A DNA stretch of 64,000 bases from Thermodesulfovibrionales bacterium (GTDB lineage: Bacteria > Nitrospirota > Thermodesulfovibrionia > Thermodesulfovibrionales > SM23-35), in NCBI GenBank assembly GCA_963753165.1, contig CAVWBP010000002.1, positions 80,301 through 144,300 on the forward strand. The letters are read 5' to 3'. Made by a program: the position numbers and the translations under genes. Positions 56,614 through 64,000 of this stretch are shown here, one piece after another; position 1 is the first letter of the stretch, and each line of letters opens with the position of its first letter. A model generated the notes under the pieces. That model was not told the DNA's origin. It saw nothing but the letters and a program-made list of their open reading frames with translations, and did not search any database.

Positions 56614-58431
56614 TTACACTTCAGGCAGGTTCAGTTTGATGGAGAGTTCCCGCAGTTGTTTCTGTTCAACCGGCGTCGGGCTGCCGCTCATGAGGCAATA
56701 AGCCTTCTGGGTTTTCGGGAAGGCGATCACCTCTCTGATGGAGGAGGCGCCGACCATAATCATTACCAGCCTGTCGAGGCCGAGCGCGATGCCGCCGTGG
56801 GGAGGTGCGCCGTATTCGAGCGCATCGAGGAGGAACCCGAATTTCGTTTGTGCCTCTTCCTCCGATATCCGGAGGATTTCGAACATCTTCCTCTGGACGT
56901 CACGCTGGTGGATACGGATGCTCCCGCCTCCGATCTCGTAGCCGTTCAGCACGATATCATATGCTTTCGCTTTGATGCGGGAAAGTGCGGAGTCCGGCGT
57001 CTGGAGGTCGGAGATATTCAATGAGGACAGCTTTGCGATATCTTCATCGGCAGGCGAGGTGAACGGGTGATGCATTGCCTCAAACCGGCCTTCTTCAGCA
57101 TTCCACTCCAGAAGTGGAAAGCCGGTTATCCATGCGAACTTATATCCGGGCTGTATAAGATTTAATTTTCTGCCGAATTCCAGTCTCATCCTGCTCAGCA
57201 CATCGTGAACGACTTTTTCGCTGTCCGCAACAAAGAGCATCAAATCGCCTTCCTCTGCTTCAAGCCGCTGTGCCATCTGCCGCAGGATTTCTTCAGGAAA
57301 GAATTTCGCGATCGGAGAATCAAATCCGTTGTTTTTCAGTTTGATCCACGCAAGGCCTTTTGCGCCGAATGAGATTGCCTCTTCGGTCAGCATGTCGATC
57401 TCTTTTCTCGAAAGACCGGCCATTCCCTTGCCATTAATCGCCTTGACTCTTCCGCCGGCCTTTATCGCATCGAGAAAGACTTTGAACGTGCCTTTTTCTG
57501 CCAGGTCAGCCATTTCTTTCAGTTCAAGACCAAACCGGAGGTCGGGTTTATCGTTTCCGAACCTTTCCATAGACTCATGGAACCCCAGAGAAGGAAAAGG
57601 CAGGGCAAGGTCTATGCCGAGGATCTCCCTGAAGAGCTTTTGCATCATGCCTTCAACCGTATTGATTACCTCAGCGGTATCCGCAAACGACATCTCCATA
57701 TCGACCTGAGTGAACTCAGGCTGCCTGTCTGCACGCAGGTCTTCGTCCCTGAAACACTTCACGATCTGGAAGTATTTTTCGAGGCCGGCCACCATTAATA
57801 TCTGCTTGAAGATCTGGGGTGACTGCGGAAGGGCATAGAAATGTCCGGGGTTCAACCGGCTTGGAACGAGATAATCCCGCGCGCCCTCAGGGGTAGATTT
57901 TGTGAGCATGGGAGTTTCGATCTCCAGAAAACCTTTCTCGTCGAGATAATCCCTTATAAGTTTAGTCGTCCTGTGCCGCGTGATAATATTCTGCTGCATC
58001 TCCGGCCTTCTCAGGTCAAGATACCGGTGTTTAAGCCTCAGCGGCTCTGAAGCATCGGCAGCGTCCTCGACCATGAACGGCAGGGGAGCTGATTCATTCA
58101 AAACATCAAGTCTGTTTACATACATCTCTATCATGCCGGTGGCCATAGCGGGGTTTTCCGTCCCCTCAGGCCGCTTTCTGATCTCTCCCGATACGGAGAT
58201 CACGTACTCGCTCCGCAGGTCATGCGCATGTTCATGTGCCGCCCCAGCGACGTCGGGGCTGAATACAATCTGAAGCACCCCGCTCCTGTCCCGCAGGTCT
58301 ATAAAGATGAGGCCGCCGTGGTCTCTCCGTCTGAATACCCAGCCGCAGAGACTGAGGTCTTTGCCGATCTCAGACTCCAGTATTTCACCACACCCTTTAT
58401 CGCGAACCATCTGCCCTCCGATCAGCTGCAA
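56614..58431 (-). CDS. aspS: Aspartate--tRNA ligase (start possibly Met-8 at 58410)
   Basis: OB fold: LCGWVFRRRDHGGLIFIDLRDRSG. Class II motifs: FRDEDLRADRQPEFTQVDMEMSF, GGGSIRIH and GIALGLDRLVM. Confidence 0.95.
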   Translation of the reverse strand: MQLIGGQMVRDKGCGEILESEIGKDLSLCGWVFRRRDHGGLIFIDLRDRSGVLQIVFSPDVAGAAHEHAHDLRSEYVISVSGEIRKRPEGTENPAMATGMIEMYVNRLDVLNESAPLPFMVEDAADASEPLRLKHRYLDLRRPEMQQNIITRHRTTKLIRDYLDEKGFLEIETPMLTKSTPEGARDYLVPSRLNPGHFYALPQSPQIFKQILMVAGLEKYFQIVKCFRDEDLRADRQPEFTQVDMEMSFADTAEVINTVEGMMQKLFREILGIDLALPFPSLGFHESMERFGNDKPDLRFGLELKEMADLAEKGTFKVFLDAIKAGGRVKAINGKGMAGLSRKEIDMLTEEAISFGAKGLAWIKLKNNGFDSPIAKFFPEEILRQMAQRLEAEEGDLMLFVADSEKVVHDVLSRMRLEFGRKLNLIQPGYKFAWITGFPLLEWNAEEGRFEAMHHPFTSPADEDIAKLSSLNISDLQTPDSALSRIKAKAYDIVLNGYEIGGGSIRIHQRDVQRKMFEILRISEEEAQTKFGFLLDALEYGAPPHGGIALGLDRLVMIMVGASSIREVIAFPKTQKAYCLMSGSPTPVEQKQLRELSIKLNLPEV

Positions 58432-59158
58432 ATTCTCTTTTCATTTTCTCTATTTCTTCGGCTGTCAGGAACCGGTATCCTCCGGATTTGAGGTCGCCGA
58501 GCGACAGACTGCCAAACTTTATTCTCGTCAGTTTCAGGACGGGATGGTTAATCTCCTTGAACATCCTTCTGATCTGCCGCTTTTTTCCTTCATGTATGGT
58601 CATCTCATACCATGTATTATTTTCAGTCTTCCGCAGTTTCTTTATTTTCGCAGGAGCGGTTACTCCTTCCATGAGCTTAATCCCGTCCCTCAGTTTCTGA
58701 ATCTTTGCCTCGTCCGGTTCACCTTTTGCTTTTACAAGATATGTCTTGAATGTCTTTTTCGAAGGATGGAGTAATGATTGCGCGAAATCTCCATCATTCG
58801 TCAGGAGCAGCAACCCTTCAGAATCATAATCGAGCCGTCCGACGGGGAAAACCCTGTATTTTACCTTCTTGAGGAAATCTTTGACCGTGGGCCTTCCTTC
58901 AGGGTCATTGAGGGTCGTAACCACACCTCTCGGTTTATGGAACATGAGATAAACCTTTGGTTCCGGCCTGATCAGAAGCTTTCCGTTCAGCTTTATGTGA
59001 TCTTTTGCCGCGTCCGCCTTGGCGCCGAGCGTGGCCACCTGGCCGTTGACTGTCACGCGACCCTCAAGGATCAGTTCTTCGGATTTTCTTCTCGAAGCTA
59101 TCCCCATTTCGGAGAGTATCTTCTGGAGTCTTTTTTCCATAAGACTTAATAATACCAT
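58397..59158 (-). CDS. Pseudouridine synthase, RsuA/RluB family, with an S4 domain
   Basis: S4 domain: RLQKILSEMGIASRRKSEELILEGRVTVNG. Catalytic region: VFPVGRLDYDSEGLLLLTNDG. Confidence 0.85.
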   Translation of the reverse strand: MVLLSLMEKRLQKILSEMGIASRRKSEELILEGRVTVNGQVATLGAKADAAKDHIKLNGKLLIRPEPKVYLMFHKPRGVVTTLNDPEGRPTVKDFLKKVKYRVFPVGRLDYDSEGLLLLTNDGDFAQSLLHPSKKTFKTYLVKAKGEPDEAKIQKLRDGIKLMEGVTAPAKIKKLRKTENNTWYEMTIHEGKKRQIRRMFKEINHPVLKLTRIKFGSLSLGDLKSGGYRFLTAEEIEKMKREFAADRRADGSR

Positions 59159-59224
59159 AGATCATCAGAACGATTGGTGGACGACGGGTTCCCGGAATAC
59201 AGAAAAATTATGAATTTAAGTAGG

Positions 59225-59698
59225 CTAAACTCTTTTCTTGAGCCACTTCTTCGGGTTTACGACTGAGAATCCGCCGTTCCCGTCAGAGCAAACGACTTTT
59301 GCTATCTGCGAGTTCAGAATCATCCGTTTGCACATCATGCAGGGCTCGGAGTTGCACTCTTGGCCCTTTTCATCGGTCCCGGAGATATAGATTGTGGCGT
59401 CCCTTAATTCATCAACAGAAGCGCGGATTATTGCATTGGCCTCTGCGTGCACACTGTGACAGAGTTCATATCTCTCGCCGTGAGGGATCTGGAGTTCTTT
59501 CCGGGTGCATTTGCCTGCATCAAGGCAGTCTTTCATGCCCCGGGGAGCGCCGTTGTAACCGGTGGTGACGATAATATTGTCCTTGGTGATCACCGACCCA
59601 TACTTTCTCCGCAAACAGGTGGCTCTGGTCGAAACAGCCTTTGCAATACCTATAAAATATTCGTCCCAGCCGGGTCTCAGTTTTTTTGATTTTTTCAT
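59225..59698 (-). CDS. dCMP deaminase (ComEB-type cytidine/deoxycytidylate deaminase)
   Basis: Contains WDEYFIGIAKAVSTRATCLRRKYGSVI, CHSVHAEANAI (HAE zinc ligand) and PCMMCKRMI (PCxxC). Confidence 0.88.
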   Translation of the reverse strand: MKKSKKLRPGWDEYFIGIAKAVSTRATCLRRKYGSVITKDNIIVTTGYNGAPRGMKDCLDAGKCTRKELQIPHGERYELCHSVHAEANAIIRASVDELRDATIYISGTDEKGQECNSEPCMMCKRMILNSQIAKVVCSDGNGGFSVVNPKKWLKKRV

Positions 59699-59738
59699 GA
59701 TATGTATAATAGCTTACAGAATAAGATGCTTACAAGGT

Positions 59739-60695
59739 TCAGAACAGTCTCCTGAAAGAAAAATTCATGGTGAAATCAGGCGCTCCGGAGGTATTGGGGT
59801 CCTCGGTAAACGATAATTCTACGCGGTTCTTCCCTGAAGAATACCTTCCCCCAAAAGAGAGGAGCACCGCAGCCCTGTCCACTGAGGGGATGTCTGTTTC
59901 GGGGAATGGAGAGCCCTGAATAAATATTTGTCCTAAAATGCTGATATCTTTCCAGAAGGCTGCTTCCACTGCCGCTCCCCCATAGAGGTAGTCCCTGAGG
60001 GTTACCCTTTCATATCCTCTCAGGTCGCCCGGAAATACTATGCCGAAGTTCAGGTATGCGCTCAGTTTTTCCCCGAGATTCTTTTCCATCATGAGAGAAA
60101 GACCTGTATCCAGGCTGCCGTTTCCGAATCCGGCCTTCGCATCACCTGAAGGGAATTCTATGAACGCCTGGACGCTTACAGCCGGATCGGATTTCAGGAT
60201 GGGTTTTTTCACTGTGAGCCGGATGTCTCCGATTTGTATCCGTCCGTTTTTCCCCTTTATGATCAGAGCTTTTTCCCTCCGCACCTCGTAGAGGAATTCA
60301 TTCTCAGGCCTCCTGCTTCTCCCGTAATCAGGAAAACCGAAGGTATCATGATAGCGGTTGAGAAAGCCGTCCATGACACCGGAACTGAAACCGAGTATCG
60401 GCAACTCAATCCCGATCTCGAGGAAGTCGTTCAGGTTCTTTTTCGCCCGCAGATTGAGTTCGGTTATCTCCATATCAAGCCCCATCCCCCACGTTGCTGA
60501 ACTGTCCACAAGATAGACACTCGAGTGTGAAAGAACTGCGCTGAAGGACGTCTCGATTGCGGCTTTTTCCAAAAAAGGGGCATTGACCGGGAGAAAGAGA
60601 GGGAACTGATTCCGGACCTGCAAAGGCCCGTCAAATGCACATACTGAACCTGGAAGAAAGAAGAGAAGGAAAAACGAAAAGAATAGTTGCTTCAT
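59739..60695 (-). CDS. Putative outer-membrane protein (DUF3187-like by eye)
   Basis: Signal peptide MKQLFFSFFLLFFLPGSVCA at the internal ATG 60695. Beta-strand-rich with alternating hydrophobicity, and a C-terminal aromatic end RRLF. Confidence 0.4.
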   Translation of the reverse strand: MKQLFFSFFLLFFLPGSVCAFDGPLQVRNQFPLFLPVNAPFLEKAAIETSFSAVLSHSSVYLVDSSATWGMGLDMEITELNLRAKKNLNDFLEIGIELPILGFSSGVMDGFLNRYHDTFGFPDYGRSRRPENEFLYEVRREKALIIKGKNGRIQIGDIRLTVKKPILKSDPAVSVQAFIEFPSGDAKAGFGNGSLDTGLSLMMEKNLGEKLSAYLNFGIVFPGDLRGYERVTLRDYLYGGAAVEAAFWKDISILGQIFIQGSPFPETDIPSVDRAAVLLSFGGRYSSGKNRVELSFTEDPNTSGAPDFTMNFSFRRLF

Positions 60696-60863
60696 GGCAA
60701 GGGATACAGTAACAAAGGCAGGGTTTGAAGTCAATCGTGCATGCTTTCCGGTCGCTTTCATTTTTCTATTGTTTTTGTAATACTTTATGGAAGAGGCCTC
60801 GCAATATTCCGGAGAGATCCTGAACAATTAATTGTATCAGGCGAACTTGGCCGAAAGGATGGT

Positions 60864-61562
60864 ATGGAGGAGAGAAGACGGCACAAGAGATTTTCAGTCG
60901 ATATTCTGGAAATAAGCGGCAAGATGGTTTTGGCCAGGTATGTAAAGATTCTTGATATCAGTATCGGCGGCGTTTCATTCAAGGCTGACAGACGGCTCCA
61001 TATAGGGCATGAATACACGCTGAAAATATTGGGCAAAGGGAAGGAATTGTCAGTAAAAGGGATTGTGATGAGGTCGTTGCTCAGTGAAAGCGTAGGAGAC
61101 TCCCGCGGCAATGTTGTGCCGATTTATACCGCAGGGATGCAATTTACAGACGTATCAGAAGAAAAGCTGCAAGAAATTGCCGCATTCATTGAGGACCATC
61201 TGGGTGATATAGACAAACAGGTGGATTTATTCAGCGCCAGCGGCCGCAGGCTTTTTGTGAGAGTCCGAATGGAAAACCTTGAAAAATCCATCCTGAAATT
61301 CTCCGAAAGTTACAGAGTGAAAAATCTCAGTCTTGGCGGAATGCGGATAGAGAGCGAATATGCTCTGGAAATCGAAAGTACATTGCCTTTGGACCTGGTG
61401 TTTGGAGAGGACAAGTCTTTTCAGTTTTCCGGAAGGGTTGTTTCATGCAGCCAGGTCAAAGATGAGGAAACCGGGCGCTATGAAGTTGGGATAGAATTTT
61501 TGGATATGTCTGAAAAAGACAAAGAAGCACTGAACGAATTTATCAGCTCGCTCAACAATTAG
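60864..61562 (+). CDS. Tandem PilZ-domain protein (c-di-GMP receptor candidate)
   Basis: First domain: RRRHKRF...ILDISIGGVSFK (RxxxR...DxSxxG). Second domain: RRLFVRVRM...VKNLSLGGMRIE. Confidence 0.7.
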   Translation: MEERRRHKRFSVDILEISGKMVLARYVKILDISIGGVSFKADRRLHIGHEYTLKILGKGKELSVKGIVMRSLLSESVGDSRGNVVPIYTAGMQFTDVSEEKLQEIAAFIEDHLGDIDKQVDLFSASGRRLFVRVRMENLEKSILKFSESYRVKNLSLGGMRIESEYALEIESTLPLDLVFGEDKSFQFSGRVVSCSQVKDEETGRYEVGIEFLDMSEKDKEALNEFISSLNN

Positions 61563-61580
61563 GGATATAAACCCTTCTAC

Positions 61581-61612
61581 AAAAAAAACCCTTTGACATG
61601 ATTGCCAAAGGG
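61581..61612 (-). terminator. Rho-independent terminator for the minus-strand tRNA pair; also a weak terminator for the plus-strand PilZ gene
   Basis: Stem CCCTTTG/CAAAGGG (61589-61595/61606-61612). It is followed by T8 on the minus strand (A8 at 61581-61588 on plus). Confidence 0.7.
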
Positions 61613-61626
61613 ATCGATTTTGAGAT

Positions 61627-61704
61627 TGGCGTCCCCAACGGGATTTGAACCCGTGTTACCGCCTTGAAAGGGCGATGTCCTAGGCCAGGCTAGACGATAG
61701 GGAC
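61627..61704 (-). tRNA. tRNA-Glu (anticodon UUC), CCA encoded
   Basis: Reverse complement reads GTCCCTATCGTCTAGCCTGGCCTAGGACATCGCCCTTTCAAGGCGGTAACACGGGTTCAAATCCCGTTGGGGACGCCA. Anticodon loop CTTTCAA. Confidence 0.9.
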
Positions 61705-61709
61705 GCATT

Positions 61710-61785
61710 TGGTGAGCCGCGTTGGATTCGAACCAACGACCCACGCCTTAAAAGGGCGTTGCTCTACCAACTGAGCTAGCGGCCC
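61710..61785 (-). tRNA. tRNA-Lys (anticodon UUU), CCA encoded
   Basis: Reverse complement reads GGGCCGCTAGCTCAGTTGGTAGAGCAACGCCCTTTTAAGGCGTGGGTCGTTGGTTCGAATCCAACGCGGCTCACCA. Anticodon loop CTTTTAA. Confidence 0.93.
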
Positions 61786-61824
61786 AAACGTAATAATTAA
61801 TTTAACCTTTCAATGCTTTTCTTG

Positions 61825-63777
61825 TCAAATATCCCGAAGATGTTTTTTTGTATTCGGCAGCAGTCCCCCGGAAATGATGATCTCCTTTTCTCTTCCATTC
61901 AGATGTGAAGAGACTTCAAAGGTGTAGTCTTTGGTCATGTTGTAAATGTGGTAGGACTGACTCCCGGTCACTGTGTTCTTCAGGTCTTTCATGAGCAGCC
62001 TGTCACCCTGTTCAATCTTCTCAGCATCTTCTGCATTCATGAAGAGAAGAGGTAAAATGCCAAAGTTGATCAGGTTGGATCTGTGGATCCGTGCAAAGGA
62101 TTTTGCGATAACTGCCTGTATACCGAGGAACATCGGTGCGATCGCCGCGTGTTCCCTTGATGAACCCTGGCCGTAGTTTTCGCCTCCGATAAGAATTCCT
62201 CCCCCTGCCGATTTTGCCTCCTGTGCCCGTTTGCTGAATGTGTTATCGATATTACTGAAAACAAATTCTGAGATTGCAGGGATATTCGAGCGGTAGGGAA
62301 GCACGGCGGAACCGGCAGGCATGATATCGTCTGTCGTGATGTTGTCTCCGAGCGTCAACAGCACTTCTGCTTCGATTGCGTCCTTTAAGGGGTCTTTCAC
62401 GGATATTTCCCTGATATTCGGTCCCTTGATAACCGACACCTCGGAGGTGTCGTCTTTCGGGGGGATGATGAACGTTCTGTTTATAAGGTATTTTTTTGGT
62501 TCTTTAAAATTGCTGATGTGCAACCCTGATTCGCGGGGATCGATGATCTTCTCCTTTTATCGCGAATACCGCACATGATACCGGGCTTGCGAGATAGACA
62601 GAGGCGTCCTTTGTGCCGCTTCTGCCCTTGAAATTTCTGTTGTATGAGCGTACGGAAACCTGACCGCTGCCCGGCGCCCCGCCCATGCCGATGCACGGGC
62701 CACATGACGATTCAAGCATTCTTGCCCCGGCAGAGATCATGTCGGTGGTGAGCCCCTCTTTTGCGATCATCTCATGCACCTGCTTCGATCCTGGATTTAT
62801 CAGAAGGTTGACTCCTGTGTGCAACGGTATTGCCCTTCAGCAGCGATGCCACAGTTTTCATGGCCTGATACGAAGAATTGGTGCAGCTGCCGATACAGAC
62901 CTGATCTACTTTCATTCCCCTGAGACTTTTTACCGGTACGACATTGTCCGGGCTGTGGGGCTGTGCGATCATCGGTTCGACCATGCTGAGATCTATCTGA
63001 ATAATTTCAGCGTACCTGGCGCCCTTATCAGCCTTGAGTTCCGTCCAGTCAGCCTCTCTGCCGACAGCAGCAAGGTAGGTCTTTGTTTTTTTGTCACTCG
63101 GGAATATGGAGGTGGTAGCACCGAGTTCAGCCCCCATGTTGGTAATGGTTGCTCTCTCAGGAACATTCAGATCTTTTACGCCGGGACCGCCATATTCGAA
63201 TATCTTGCCGACCCCTCCCTTGACGGTCAGCCTTCTGCAGGATTTCGAGGATAACATCCATGGCCGTAACCCATGGCCGCTGGAGCTTTCCGGTCAGATT
63301 GATCTTTACGACCTTTGGCATGGTGATTTCAAAGGGCGAACCGGCCATGACTGTCGCGGCATCCAGACCACCGACGCCGATTGCGATCATCCCCATGCCG
63401 CCGCCCGTAGGGGTGTGGCTGTCAGTGCCGAGAGCGATCTTCCCGGGAGCAGCGAACTGCTCAAGATGGACCTGATGGCAGATGCCATTCCCCGGTCTCG
63501 AAAAATACGCGCCGTATCTCGCGGCGACGGTCTGAAGAAACAGGTGGTCGTCAGGATTCATAAAATTCTGCTGGAGCATATTGTGGTCTACATACGAGAC
63601 CGCGAGCGGTACTTTTACCCGCTCGATGCCGATTGCTTCGAACTGCAGCCAGGTCATGGTGCCGGTCGCGTCCTGCGTATATACCTGGTCGACTTTGACC
63701 CCGACCGGCGTCCCCGGTTTCAGGTCTCCATATGCTCTGTGGGCCTCAAATATTTTTTCGACAATGTTCTTTCCCAA
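61825..63777 (-). pseudogene. Aconitase-family hydratase (~650-aa fused large plus swivel domains); three or more frameshifts (~62515, ~62800, ~63240) as assembled
   Basis: Four overlapping ORFs in different frames: VDQVYTQDATGTM...GTDSHTPTGGGMGMIAIGVGG; GKIFEYGGPGV...ITNMGAELGAT...CIGSCTNSS; ESSCGPCIGMG...RSYNRNFKGRSG; GENYGQGSSREHAA (swivel domain). Confidence 0.8.
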
Positions 63778-63928
63778 AGCTACCTCCGAAGGTTGAATTC
63801 AAAAGCTCTCTATAAAACTTTACCATACCCGAAAGCATGAAATACAAATTCCCGGATATCTTGAGATAACAGGAATAATCCGTTAAAATACAGCTCGCAG
63901 AGAAAAATAACAAAAAGGGAGACCTCCG

Positions 63929-64000
63929 ATGCATTTTTTCAAGTACCGTGCTGGGGAATTATTTGCGGAAGACGTGCCGGTAAAAAAGCTCGCTGAAAAA
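63929..64000 (+). CDS. lysA: Diaminopimelate decarboxylase, first 24 codons only (runs off the window)
   Basis: MHFFKYRAGELFAEDVPVKKLAEK matches the typical LysA N-terminus pattern. GGGAG lies upstream of ATG 63929. Confidence 0.55.
   Translation, partial: MHFFKYRAGELFAEDVPVKKLAEK

Overview
This 64-kb window comes from a diderm bacterium, since it encodes LPS transport and two secretin systems. Taxonomy cannot be fixed from the window; the gene content resembles Nitrospirota or Deltaproteobacteria. It is densely coding, and no transposase, integrase, phage gene, cas gene or CRISPR array was recognised.

Gene order:
- 1-8.3 kb: distal dcw cluster, ftsW-murG-murC-murB-ddl-ftsQ-ftsA-ftsZ.
- 8.4-13.7 kb: SspB-like protein, a sigma-54 enhancer-binding protein, and a divergent lipoprotein plus L,D-transpeptidase operon.
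- 13.8-15.6 kb: kup.
- 15.6-19.5 kb: minus-strand SOS-type region (lexA, small ORF, acyltransferase, dinB) packed with short hairpin repeats.
- 19.8-22.1 kb: DUF72, ADP-ribosylglycohydrolase and a CsaA-like protein.
- 22.2-26.7 kb: lptC-lptA-lptB-rpoN-hpf-rapZ.
- 26.7-28.5 kb: tRNA-Ser, a Met/Pro-rich lipoprotein, tRNA-Arg and truB.
- 28.6-33.5 kb: pilMNOPQ.
- 33.6-36.2 kb: two surface lipoproteins, one with Ig-like repeats.
- 36.3-53.5 kb: the accessory locus described below.
- 53.7-64 kb: aroC, a tusA-like/dsbB/dsbA islet, aspS, a pseudouridine synthase, dCMP deaminase, a putative OMP, a PilZ protein, tRNA-Glu and tRNA-Lys, a frameshifted aconitase, and the start of lysA.

Most interesting region: a complete gspCDEFGHIJKLMN type II secretion cluster is bracketed by two lipoprotein S8 subtilases. 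Both subtilases end in the same tail: a Gly-run, a Cys, a hydrophobic helix, then an Arg-rich cluster. This is a MYXO-CTERM-like sorting tag. A CPBP-family intramembrane protease sits directly beside the second subtilase. The GspD secretin carries a C-terminal domain homologous to the subtilases' own I9 prodomain.

Caveats: the assembly contains many clustered frameshifts, including in essential genes, so several genes are reported as interrupted as assembled. Three families of intergenic palindromic repeats are abundant, and one copy appears inserted in-frame in aroC.
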